A stretch of 63,968 nt of DNA, the filler included, from Thermoplasmatota archaeon (GTDB lineage: Archaea; Thermoplasmatota; E2; JACPAO01; JAHFTW01), in assembly GCA_041623215.1 (NCBI GenBank). It is 5 parts of 5 records of this genome, joined end to end, with 100 filler letters (N's around TTAATTAATTAA, not from the genome) between each part and the next. Parts side by side here need not be neighbours in the genome. Positions count along the whole stretch, not along the records: positions 1 to 15,876 come from JBFJXH010000033.1; 4 more parts are not named here. One strand, given 5' to 3'. Positions 1 to 9,098 of the stretch are shown one piece after another. The notes beneath the pieces are model-generated. The model had not been told where the DNA came from. It searched no databases and saw nothing but the letters and a program-made list of their open reading frames with translations. Both the position numbers and the translations under genes were made by a program. Numbering within the stretch: position 1 is the stretch's first letter; every line of letters begins with the position of its first letter.

Positions 1-1110
1 GGCGACATTCATCTCAAGTTGGAATGTTTCCAGCGTACCGGCTCCTTCAAGGTCCGGGGCGCTCTGTGGAAAGTCGCCAATCTGAGTGCCCAAGAACGAG
101 CGGCCGGCGTCGTAGCTGCATCAGCAGGAAACCACGCCCAAGGCGTCGCCTTCGCCGCCACAGCAGCAGGCGTAGCCAGCGATGTGTTCATGCCCGAGGG
201 GGCGACCCTGGCCAAAGCCAAGGCAACGGCCGCGTACGGCGCAACCATTCACCTGGTTGGCAGCGACTATCAAGAAGCCTACGAGGCCGCCGTTGCCTTC
301 CAGCAAGAGCACGGCAAGGCCTTCGTGCATGCGTTTGACGACCCATTCATCATGGCCGGGCAGGGAACCATGGGCCTCGAAATTCTTCGGGACTTGCCCG
401 AACTGGACACCCTCGTCATACCCGTTGGCGGCGGCGGCCTCATCGGTGGCGTGGCAACCGCCGCCAAGGCCCTCCGGCCCGAACTACGCGTCATTGCGGT
501 CCAAGCCGCCGGCGCGTCCACGGTGGCGCCGAGCCTGGAGAAAGGCGCCGTTGTGCCCCTCGATGCGGCCCATACCATGGCCGACGGCATCGCGTGCCGT
601 CACCTCGGAACCCACACGTTTGAAGCAATCCAGCAAAGCGTTGACGAGGTTGTTACCGTCGAGGAGAATGAAATCGCCGCCGCCATTCTCTACCTGCTGG
701 AGCGAACCAAGGTGGCCGCCGAGGGCGCTGGCGCGGTGACCTTAGCGGCGGCCCTGCACGGCAAGATTGACCTCACCGGCCAGCAGACCTGTCTGGTCGT
801 TTCGGGCGGCAACATCGACATGAGCCTCATGAGCCGCATCATTCAGCGCGGCCTCGTCGCCTCTGGCCGCACCGCCACCTTGGCGGTCAGCGTACCTGAC
901 AAGCCAGGAGAGATTGCTCGCCTGCTGCAACTATTGGCGGCCCACAAAGGCAACGTTTTGGATATTAGCCATGACCGTCTCGGCCACGGCGTGCCCCTGC
1001 ATCGGACCCACGTGGAAGTCCACCTGGAGACGCGGGGGCCGGAACATATTGACGAGTTGGTGGCCACGCTGGCCGCGGCAGGCTACGACGATGCGGCCAT
1101 TTGCGATTAA
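1..1110 (+). CDS. ilvA: Threonine ammonia-lyase with C-terminal ACT domain (5' truncated by window edge)
   Basis: Frame open from base 1 (GDIHLKLECFQRTGSFKVRG); PLP motif SFKxRG, SAGNHAQG, GGGGLI, SGGNID; ACT domain VPDKPGEI. Confidence 0.93.
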   Translation, partial: GDIHLKLECFQRTGSFKVRGALWKVANLSAQERAAGVVAASAGNHAQGVAFAATAAGVASDVFMPEGATLAKAKATAAYGATIHLVGSDYQEAYEAAVAFQQEHGKAFVHAFDDPFIMAGQGTMGLEILRDLPELDTLVIPVGGGGLIGGVATAAKALRPELRVIAVQAAGASTVAPSLEKGAVVPLDAAHTMADGIACRHLGTHTFEAIQQSVDEVVTVEENEIAAAILYLLERTKVAAEGAGAVTLAAALHGKIDLTGQQTCLVVSGGNIDMSLMSRIIQRGLVASGRTATLAVSVPDKPGEIARLLQLLAAHKGNVLDISHDRLGHGVPLHRTHVEVHLETRGPEHIDELVATLAAAGYDDAAICD

Positions 1111-1451
1111 CCTGGCGGGCCGTCTTTCCGCGCTTTCTCGAGCCAATGGGCCAAGTCCCATGCGGGCCGAAGGCGCACGAAGCGTCCACGTGCGGCGGCC
1201 ACGGCACCCCACGGAAGGGCGACCAGCAACCAGCCGAGCGGCACCAACGCCAAGGCACCGATGAACGCTCGGTAGCCAGCCGCCTCGCTGGCCATGCCAA
1301 GAAACCCCACCCCGAGTAGAAGCCCGAGGCCACCATAGAAGGCAATGCGTCCTTGGACAATGTGGTAACGCGTAGCGCGATTGTCAGGTTGGAGACGCCC
1401 TAACACCAGTCGGACAAAGGGAACGGGCAGGTAGGCAGCCCAAGGAGCCAT
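1107..1451 (-). CDS. Small membrane protein, hypothetical
   Basis: Hydrophobic ORF MAPWAAYLPVPF...; fills the gap between ilvA and fba; start uncertain. Confidence 0.5.
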   Translation of the reverse strand: MAPWAAYLPVPFVRLVLGRLQPDNRATRYHIVQGRIAFYGGLGLLLGVGFLGMASEAAGYRAFIGALALVPLGWLLVALPWGAVAAARGRFVRLRPAWDLAHWLEKARKDGPPG

Positions 1452-1548
1452 AGGAATCACGCTAACTCTTGCTATTTGGTCGGATTGGCGCAAGTCTGCA
1501 ACCGCCGCCTCAAGCGCTCTTTTCAAGGCCGAACCGGTGCGCGCCGCC

Positions 1549-2562
1549 ATGAGCCATCCCAACGCTGCCGAATTGGAAGCCACCGCCCAATACCTCGTGC
1601 GCGACGGCCGCGGCATCTTGGCCGCCGACGAATCGACTGGCACCTGCACGAAGCGCTTCACCGCGCTCGGCATCGAATCCACCCCCGAGAGCCGTATTGG
1701 CTACCGCGCCGGCTTGTTCAAGGCCCCAGGCCTGGGTGACTCCGTCGCCGGCGTCATCCTCTACGATGAAACCCTCCGGCAATCGGAGGACGGGCAAACC
1801 GTTCCGGAGATCCTCAAGGCCCAAGGCATCCACGCCGGCATCAAGGTTGACACGGGCGCCCACGACCTAGCGGGATTCCCCGGTGAGAAAATCACCGAGG
1901 GCCTGGACGGGCTGCGTGAACGCCTAGCCGAATACAAGCAACTGGGGGCCACCTTTGCCAAGTGGCGCGCCGTCATCACCATTGGCGACGACCGCCCAAG
2001 CGCCGCCTGCATCGCTGGCAACGCCCACGCGCTTGCCCGCTACGCAGCCTTGTGCCAAGAAGCGGGCATTGTGCCCATTGTAGAACCCGAAGTCCTGATG
2101 GACGGCGACCACGACATCGACACCTGCGAGATGGTGACGCGCGAAGCATGGGACGCGCTCTTTGCCGAATTGCGCCTACAAGACGTGCACCTTCCAGGCA
2201 TTCTTCTGAAGCCGGCGATGGTTATCAGCGGCAAAGACGCCACCGAGCGCGCGACGGCCGACGACGTGGCGGCCCGAACTTTTGCCACCCTGCTGGACCT
2301 AGTGCCGGCCAGCGTGCCAGGAGTTGTTTTCCTGTCCGGTGGTCAAAGCCCCGAGGACGCAACTGAGCACCTGCGCATCATGAACACCCTCGGCGACAAA
2401 CCGTGGGCCCTGAGCTTCAGCTACGGCCGCGCCCTACAGGAGCCCGCGTTGGCCGCCTGGGCCGGCGACAACGCCAACCGCGAAGCGCAGCAAGCCGCCT
2501 TGCTGGAGCGCTGCCAAGCCAACCGCGCCGCCGCTCTTGGCAAGTCGTACGTGGCGGCCTAG
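1549..2562 (+). CDS. fba: Fructose-bisphosphate aldolase, class I (eukaryote/bacterial glycolytic type)
   Basis: GILAADES, KVDTG, FAKWRAV, PIVEPEV, LLKP (Schiff-base Lys), FLSGGQS, SFSYGRALQ. Confidence 0.95.
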   Translation: MSHPNAAELEATAQYLVRDGRGILAADESTGTCTKRFTALGIESTPESRIGYRAGLFKAPGLGDSVAGVILYDETLRQSEDGQTVPEILKAQGIHAGIKVDTGAHDLAGFPGEKITEGLDGLRERLAEYKQLGATFAKWRAVITIGDDRPSAACIAGNAHALARYAALCQEAGIVPIVEPEVLMDGDHDIDTCEMVTREAWDALFAELRLQDVHLPGILLKPAMVISGKDATERATADDVAARTFATLLDLVPASVPGVVFLSGGQSPEDATEHLRIMNTLGDKPWALSFSYGRALQEPALAAWAGDNANREAQQAALLERCQANRAAALGKSYVAA

Positions 2563-2743
2563 CCAGACGAGTTGACGCAACCTTCGAGGCTCCAATCCGC
2601 CCTCGGGGCGGGCCTCGCTGGGGTTCCCTGCGGTTCGCGCGGGTAAATGGAGTTGTCAACCTGCGACCTGGTCGCCAGGCCACCGGCGCATAAGCGGTAA
2701 GGCCGCCCCTCACCCTTATCCCGGCACCGTCAGTCGCAGCGGC

Positions 2744-3883
2744 GTGCACATCGGGATTCTCTGCGGTGGCGGGCCAGCCCCCGGCTTCAACGGCGTGATT
2801 CAAGGCGTAACCGTCGCCGCGCATCGACTCGGCTGGAGTGTGACGGGCATCCCCGATGGGTACAAGCACCTGATGGCGGGCGATGCTTCCGCCTGCACGA
2901 AGCTAGCTTTGGGCGATGTGGCGGGCATTGCCACCAGGGGCGGCAGCATCCTTCGCACCGACCGCGCCAATCCCAAAAAATCGCCGGAGTCCATGGCCAA
3001 CGTTGTGGGTTCGATTCGAGATTTGGGGCTTGATGCGCTGGTGACCGTCGGCGGCGATGACACCGCCACATCTGCTGCCAACGTTGCCGATGCCTTAGCG
3101 GCCGAAGGCGTCGCCCTTCGAGTCGCCCATGTTCCCAAAACCATTGACAACGACCTGCCACTTCCTGGCATGGCACCCACATTCGGCTTCACGACCGCGG
3201 CTGAATTAGGGGCCACCCTCTGCCGGAACCTCCGCACGGATGCCCTCACGACCAAGCGTTGGTACCTGGTGACCGCCATGGGTCGTTCGGCAGGCCACTT
3301 GAGTCTCGCCATGGCCCAAGGCAGTGAAGCGGACCTGTGCCTCATCCGTGAGGAATTTGATGAGACGGTGCCGATTCGGTTAGACCAATTGGCGGCGCTT
3401 GTGGAGCGGGCAATCCGAATCCGGCGCGAGCAAGGGCAGCACGGTGGCCTCGTGGTACTCGCAGAGGGTCTCCTGGAGCGCTTGGATCCAGACGACTTGC
3501 GGGACATCGCCGATTTGGAGCTCGACGAGCACGGCAACCCGCGCATGTCCGAAATCGACCTTGGCAAGGCGGTGCGCGACGCGGCAACTGCGACCATGGG
3601 CGCGGGTGCGCCTGGATTTGTCACCAAAATTATCGGCTACGAGCTCCGGTGCGCTGACCCGGGGGCTTTCGACGCCGCCTACACCACGAGCCTAGGCGCG
3701 CAGGCCGTCGCGTTTCTCGACCAAGAGGAGGGGCATGGCATCATCGCGCAAGATGCTGGCTACGCCACGGTGCTCCGATTTGATGCGTTAAGGGACCCCG
3801 ACACGGGTCGCATTCCTGTGCGTCGCGTAGATCCGGACGGCGCCCAGTGGCAGGCGTCACTAGCCCTCCAGGCACGCGCCTAG
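2744..3883 (+). CDS. pfp: PfkA-family 6-phosphofructokinase, probably PPi-dependent
   Basis: GGGPAPGFN, GGSIL, GGDDT (Asp at the PPi-determining site), PKTIDND, MGR, GYELR. Confidence 0.88.
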   Translation: MHIGILCGGGPAPGFNGVIQGVTVAAHRLGWSVTGIPDGYKHLMAGDASACTKLALGDVAGIATRGGSILRTDRANPKKSPESMANVVGSIRDLGLDALVTVGGDDTATSAANVADALAAEGVALRVAHVPKTIDNDLPLPGMAPTFGFTTAAELGATLCRNLRTDALTTKRWYLVTAMGRSAGHLSLAMAQGSEADLCLIREEFDETVPIRLDQLAALVERAIRIRREQGQHGGLVVLAEGLLERLDPDDLRDIADLELDEHGNPRMSEIDLGKAVRDAATATMGAGAPGFVTKIIGYELRCADPGAFDAAYTTSLGAQAVAFLDQEEGHGIIAQDAGYATVLRFDALRDPDTGRIPVRRVDPDGAQWQASLALQARA

Positions 3884-3918
3884 GGGCCTAGGTTGGCGGG
3901 CGCGGCACTACAACCCGG

Positions 3919-5868
3919 TTACGCTCGTTGCCGGCGGGCGACAAGTCCCGCGAGGATGGCTAGCACGCCCAAGACCATCAACAACGCCGGCGCAGGAACC
4001 TCGTTGCCTGGTTGCGGTCCGCCAGGGGACACCACATCAATGAACTCGGAGTGGGTCGCAAAGCTGTCGGCACTGTTTGCCACCAGCAGTGTCACCTTGT
4101 AGCGGCCCGGTTCGCGGTAGATATGGGTTGGGTCCTGGAAGCTGCTGCGACCCCCATCTCCAAACGTCCAGGTCCACTTGTCAATGGTGCCTTGCTCGGT
4201 GCGCGACTGGTCGGTGAACGTCACTTCATCGTCCACGAAAATCTGCTCGGGTTGATAATCAAATGCCGCCACCGGTGCGACGGCCGGCAAGTCGTCGGTA
4301 GCGCCGGTGTTGTTGCTATCGGTCGCCGCGGTCGCGGCATCGACCGTGATGGAGCGCGTGACGAAGTCGTTCTGGCCCAAAGAATCGGTCACGGTCAAGC
4401 GAACGACGTAGACTCCTGGTACACCGTAGCGGTGCGTGGTTGAGGCGCCTTGTGCGGTGACGTTGTCTCCAAAGTCCCATTGCCGCGACGCAATGCCTTG
4501 GTCATCTCGACTTGTATCCGTGAAGGTGATGTCCTGGCCCACCTTGGCACGGGCCGGTTGCATGGAGAAACTCGCCGACGGTGGCGCGTCAATCGGCTCG
4601 CTGCCGGTTCCGCGCACCTGGAGCGTCAAGGTGTTGCTTGCCCGTCCGCCATCGTCATCGGCAATTTCGAGGCTGACGGTGAACACGCCCGCATTCTGGT
4701 AAACGTGGGCAGGTGCTGTTTCTAAACTGAAGTTGCTGCCATCGCCAAAGTTCCACTTGTAATCCGTGACTTCCCCGTCCGCGTCGAAGGCAACTTGCTG
4801 AAATTGCACCCGCTCGCCAACCACGGGCGACCGGGGACTCGCCTCCATGAACGTCACAACAGGCGGGGTATTGCGAACCACGACGGGTAGCGTTACCGCG
4901 GCACTCGCCCCGAGATGGTCTTCCACGACGAGCTCGACCGCGTACGTGCCGCGCTCCGAGTATCGGTGTAAGGGCCTTGCAGTCTCGGTGGCAACGTCGC
5001 CGTCGTCGAAGCGCCAAAGCCACTTGGTGATGCGGTCGCCGTCGGGGTCAACGCTGGTGTCGCTGAAGCGGATGTCGGTGCTGGTCGTTGGATCGAGCGG
5101 CGTGTAGGAGAAACTGACGGTTGGTGGGCGGTTCGGAAGGTCGCTTGATTCCATGAGGACCCCCGGTACAAGTTCGTAGAAGGCCGGGTCGCCGCCGGGG
5201 GGCGCATCGGGGCACAGGAACTTGTCGTGGTCCTGCCCCTGGTACTGTTGGCGCAAATGGTCCATGAATCCACCCGGCATGTAGTCGCCCAGAACGTATT
5301 CGCCATTGCGAACTTCATAGGACTCCATGCGGAAGTCGGTGATGCGCTCGCCGGTCCGCAGGCCGAGTGTACTGTAGAAGAAGCCGATGTCGTACGCCTT
5401 CCTGGCCAGACCGTCCGGGTCGCTCGGCAGGGACACGTTGGTGTTGATGTGGTCCCACTTTGTGCCGGACACGCGATTCCAAGTTTCGTCGTCTTCGGTT
5501 TCCATGATGACGTCGAAGACGCGGGTGGCATCCCCATCGATTTGGAAACGCAGCCTGTCACGGCGGAACGTGTCAAAGTTGTCCGATTGGCTGCCTGGAT
5601 TGAACGCGTGGGCGCTCTCCGTGATGCGGAAGACGACCATGGGGCGCGCGGTGCCGCCCGTGACCGGCTTGCGACCCGTTTCGGCGATGTCCAAGGCCAC
5701 TAGGTCGTGACCGGTTTGATCGACGCGGCTGTTGCTGGCACCATAGTCATCTTGGCAATCGTGAAGCGCCCGGACGAAGGGCGATTCGGGAGCCGGCGCC
5801 GGCCCACCTTGGGTGCTTGCAGCTAGGCCCAGCAACAGAAGGGCTGCCAGCAGAAACGCTTTGCGCAC
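3919..5868 (-). CDS. Secreted, membrane-anchored surface protein: uncharacterised N-domain plus 4 PKD domains
   Basis: GTG start giving signal peptide (M)RKAFLLAALLLLGLAA; four WxFGDG-type PKD repeats; C-terminal TM and basic tail. Confidence 0.85.
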   Translation of the reverse strand: MRKAFLLAALLLLGLAASTQGGPAPAPESPFVRALHDCQDDYGASNSRVDQTGHDLVALDIAETGRKPVTGGTARPMVVFRITESAHAFNPGSQSDNFDTFRRDRLRFQIDGDATRVFDVIMETEDDETWNRVSGTKWDHINTNVSLPSDPDGLARKAYDIGFFYSTLGLRTGERITDFRMESYEVRNGEYVLGDYMPGGFMDHLRQQYQGQDHDKFLCPDAPPGGDPAFYELVPGVLMESSDLPNRPPTVSFSYTPLDPTTSTDIRFSDTSVDPDGDRITKWLWRFDDGDVATETARPLHRYSERGTYAVELVVEDHLGASAAVTLPVVVRNTPPVVTFMEASPRSPVVGERVQFQQVAFDADGEVTDYKWNFGDGSNFSLETAPAHVYQNAGVFTVSLEIADDDGGRASNTLTLQVRGTGSEPIDAPPSASFSMQPARAKVGQDITFTDTSRDDQGIASRQWDFGDNVTAQGASTTHRYGVPGVYVVRLTVTDSLGQNDFVTRSITVDAATAATDSNNTGATDDLPAVAPVAAFDYQPEQIFVDDEVTFTDQSRTEQGTIDKWTWTFGDGGRSSFQDPTHIYREPGRYKVTLLVANSADSFATHSEFIDVVSPGGPQPGNEVPAPALLMVLGVLAILAGLVARRQRA

Positions 5869-6004
5869 GCGGTTCGACCAACGGCGTCGTATTAATCGCT
5901 TCTTCATCCAGCCTGTCTGAGGCACCCCATTGCGTGCCGGGGGCGACGACCACAGGCGCCTGGTGGAGGACCACGTCACCGTGGGGCGGTCGCTCGCCCC
6001 CTGG

Positions 6005-6892
6005 CTAGCGTTTTTCGTCGTCGCTGGACGCGCTGGCCGAAGGGGCGCCCGCGGGCGTCTGTTCCTTGTCGGCATCGGCGCCGCCTTTGTTCTTGCCTTT
6101 CCCCATAATACGTTCAATGGCCGTAAGGAGCACGTAGGTGCCGAGGGCTACAGCGGCAATGAATCCAGGAGTTTTCCACCACGGTGGATCGCCATCGATG
6201 GTGCGACCACTGCCGCGAGGGGCTTGTCGAAACGCATCAACGCTCGGCAGAAAGTTGTCTGTCGCGTCGATGCTCGCCGGCGCATCATCGCGAGGTGGCG
6301 CCATTGCCATCCCGCCGATGTCCCCGAGACTGACATTGCCTGGGAGCGGGAAGCGCACCTGTAGGTGGGGCCCCGGTTGATCCAGCCATGCACCCGGCAC
6401 ACCAGCACGTGTGAAGGTCTTGTCTTGCTGGCTCGTGCCGGCTCCCGTGATGATGCAATGCGTGGTCGCGTTGTGGTCGTGCGTGCAATTCACAAAGTGC
6501 GTCCACGAAGTCGCGGGAACGACGGTCCCATTGTCATCCACATCGTCCACTTGCAAAACCAACGTGTAGGTGATGGGTTTGTCCTCTGGCAAGCCACCCG
6601 GCCCCGGCGGAAGCTTGGCCAGGTGCATGAACAGCGTTACCTCCCCGTCATCCAGCAAGGCCTCGACAAATCGGATTTCTAGGTAGTCGGCGGAGTAATC
6701 GGTGGCAAGGTCGCCGGGTTTGTCATCGTAGCGGACGTGTACGAGGCGTTCCCCGGCGCCCTCCCCCCCGTCCTGGGCGGCAACCAAAGTCACCTGCCCC
6801 AACAACACGATGAGTACGGCGATGGCAGCCGCCGCCAGACCTGACCTTGCTCGCCCCAGGGGTCGCTGCCCGATACGTGCGGGCGCTTTCAT
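6005..6892 (-). CDS. Secreted hypothetical protein with TPGF motif and TM near the C-terminus
   Basis: ATGA overlap with the upstream gene stop; signal peptide; PPWWKTPGFIAAVALG followed by a TM. Confidence 0.7.
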   Translation of the reverse strand: MKAPARIGQRPLGRARSGLAAAAIAVLIVLLGQVTLVAAQDGGEGAGERLVHVRYDDKPGDLATDYSADYLEIRFVEALLDDGEVTLFMHLAKLPPGPGGLPEDKPITYTLVLQVDDVDDNGTVVPATSWTHFVNCTHDHNATTHCIITGAGTSQQDKTFTRAGVPGAWLDQPGPHLQVRFPLPGNVSLGDIGGMAMAPPRDDAPASIDATDNFLPSVDAFRQAPRGSGRTIDGDPPWWKTPGFIAAVALGTYVLLTAIERIMGKGKNKGGADADKEQTPAGAPSASASSDDEKR

Positions 6893-8055
6893 GCGCCGCC
6901 CTCGAGCGCTTGCTTGAGGTCGGCCCACAAATCCTGAACGTCCTCGACGCCCACGGAAAGGCGGATGAGGTCGTCGGCGAGGCCGGTGCCACGCCGCATT
7001 TCGGCCGGGATGCTGGCGTGCGTCATGGCGGCTGGGATCTGAATCAGGCTTTCCACTGCACCCAGGGACTCCGCCAGTTGCCAAAGCCGTGTCGCCTTGA
7101 CAATCCGAGTCGCAGCATCAAGGTCACCGCCGCACGTAAAGGACAGCATACTGCCACCACTGGATGCTTGCGCCGCGTGGGTGGCGTGGCCAGGATGGGT
7201 GGCTAGCCCAGGGTAGTACACCCGGTCGACAGCCGGGTGCGCCTCAAGCTTTGCCGCCAGCTGCGAAGCGGCGGCAGATTGGGCGGCCGTGCGTAGGTGC
7301 AGCGTCTTGAGCCCCCGCAGCAGCAAGTAACAGTCAAACGGCGACAGGACGGCGCCAGCGGCCAATTGGTGGAACCGCAGGCGTTCGCCCACCGCTTCAT
7401 CACTCGCTACCAGGATGCCCGCCAGCACGTCGCTGTGCCCGCCGATGAATTTGGTAGCCGAATGGAGAACGATGTCTGCACCGTGCTGTAGGGGGTGCTG
7501 CTGGGTGGGTCCCATGAAGGTCGAATCCACCGCCAACAACGCCCCGCCAGCGTGGGCTACCTTGGCCGTGGCCGCGATGTCGGAAATCCGAAGCAAGGGG
7601 TTGGTCGGGGTTTCCATCAGGACCAGTTTGGTTGCTGGAGTCAAGGCCGCTTGGGTGGCTTTCGCATCCCGGGTGTCCACGAACGTGGTCGTGAGGCCAC
7701 GCCGGTCAGCAATTTGCCGCAGCATCCGGATGGTTCCACCGTAGGCATCTTCGGCACAGACAATGTGGTCACCGGCTGAAAGCAGACTGAGGATACCATC
7801 CGTAGCAGCGAGACCAGATGCGAAGGCGTGGCCCGTGGCACCCCCCTCCAGGTCGGCCATCGCCGTTTCCAATGCTTCGCGCGTCGGATTGCCGGCGCGC
7901 GAGTAATCATAGGTGAGGGGCTTGGCCGGTTCCGGCTGCACGAACGTCGTGGACAACTGGATCGCCGGATTGACGGCGCCATGAATTGAGTCAGGGATGA
8001 CGCCGGCGTGCACGCACCGGGTGGCAGGTAGATCGTCTGGGTGTAGCCGCGCCAT
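6889..8055 (-). CDS. Cystathionine gamma-lyase/synthase (trans-sulfuration PLP enzyme)
   Basis: YSRAGNPTR, FASG, ETPTNP, HSATKFIGGHSD, AESLG, RLSVGVE. Confidence 0.92.
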   Translation of the reverse strand: MARLHPDDLPATRCVHAGVIPDSIHGAVNPAIQLSTTFVQPEPAKPLTYDYSRAGNPTREALETAMADLEGGATGHAFASGLAATDGILSLLSAGDHIVCAEDAYGGTIRMLRQIADRRGLTTTFVDTRDAKATQAALTPATKLVLMETPTNPLLRISDIAATAKVAHAGGALLAVDSTFMGPTQQHPLQHGADIVLHSATKFIGGHSDVLAGILVASDEAVGERLRFHQLAAGAVLSPFDCYLLLRGLKTLHLRTAAQSAAASQLAAKLEAHPAVDRVYYPGLATHPGHATHAAQASSGGSMLSFTCGGDLDAATRIVKATRLWQLAESLGAVESLIQIPAAMTHASIPAEMRRGTGLADDLIRLSVGVEDVQDLWADLKQALEGGA

Positions 8056-8056
8056 T

Positions 8057-9058
8057 TCAGGACCCCTGGAGGTAGTCGGCTGCCTTGGTCAACTGATGCT
8101 CCCGTAGCCAAGCCTCATTGAACTTACTGAGGTATCGTTCGCCAGTGTCAGGCAACAGTGTCACCACCAAGGCGTCGCTGGGAAGCGTGGCGGCGAGTTC
8201 GACGGCCGCGTGCACTGCGGCACCTGCGCTGCTGCCAGTGAAGATGGCCTCCTCGCGCGCTAGCCTTGCCATCATGAGGTAGGCGTCGTCGTCGCTGACG
8301 GTAACCATGTCGTCGATGGCATCCCACCACACGGTCTCAGGTAGGAAATCCTCGCCGATTCCGTCAATGAGGTATTGGTGGATTTGGTCGGCCGGCGGCA
8401 TTTGGTGGTCGTGCTTGTGATAGTATTCGTAGACGCTGCCGACTGTGTCAACGCCAACGACTTGGACGTCACCCTGTTCGTGCAGATAGCGGCCGGTGCC
8501 GCTGATGGTGCCGCCCGTGCCGACGCCGGCCACAAAATGCGTGACTTGCCCGTCTGTTTGCTGCCAAATCTCCGGCCCCGTTGACTTCGTGTGGGCCGTT
8601 GGATTGGCTTGATTGTAGTATTGGTACGGCAAATAGGCGCCGCGTTCATCGCGCACCTTCTCGGCCTGTTTGTAGTACGACCGCGGGTCGTCAGCTTCCA
8701 CATTCGTGGGGCACTCAATGACTTCGACCCCGTACGCCTTCAGGAGGTCCTGCTTTTCCTTGGGTACCTTGTCCGGTAGAGTGGCGACCATCTTGTAGCC
8801 AAGCAGCGTGGCTGCCATGGCAAGGCCAAGACCGGTGTTGCCGCTGGTGGGTTCCACGATGGTGCCGCCTGGCTTGAGGGCGCCCGATTCCTCCCCTGCC
8901 CGGATGAGTGCCATGCCGATGCGGTCCTTGACGCTGGAGCCAGGGTTGAACATCTCCATCTTTGCCGCAACGCGGGCGCCGCCGGGCTTCGTTACCTGAT
9001 TCAGGTAGACCAAAGGCGTGTTGCCGAGGCACTCCAGGATGTTGTTCTGGATGTCCAT
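8057..9058 (-). CDS. Cystathionine beta-synthase / cysteine synthase family
   Basis: GNTPLV, NPGSSVKDR, EPTSGNTG, GVGTGGT, DGIG, PDTGERYLSK; adjacent to the gamma-lyase. Confidence 0.9.
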   Translation of the reverse strand: MDIQNNILECLGNTPLVYLNQVTKPGGARVAAKMEMFNPGSSVKDRIGMALIRAGEESGALKPGGTIVEPTSGNTGLGLAMAATLLGYKMVATLPDKVPKEKQDLLKAYGVEVIECPTNVEADDPRSYYKQAEKVRDERGAYLPYQYYNQANPTAHTKSTGPEIWQQTDGQVTHFVAGVGTGGTISGTGRYLHEQGDVQVVGVDTVGSVYEYYHKHDHQMPPADQIHQYLIDGIGEDFLPETVWWDAIDDMVTVSDDDAYLMMARLAREEAIFTGSSAGAAVHAAVELAATLPSDALVVTLLPDTGERYLSKFNEAWLREHQLTKAADYLQGS

Positions 9059-9098
9059 GGCGGCGGGGACGGGGGCGTCGGGGTTTGAAGGCGGCGGG

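Noticed and set aside
2563..2660. Second copy of the rpl12-associated hairpin element
   Set aside because: A GC hairpin is present but has no sequence similarity to the 63-nt spacer
5869..6117. N-terminal extension of the 732-aa ORF
   Set aside because: It overlaps the upstream gene; the signal peptide begins at GTG 5868
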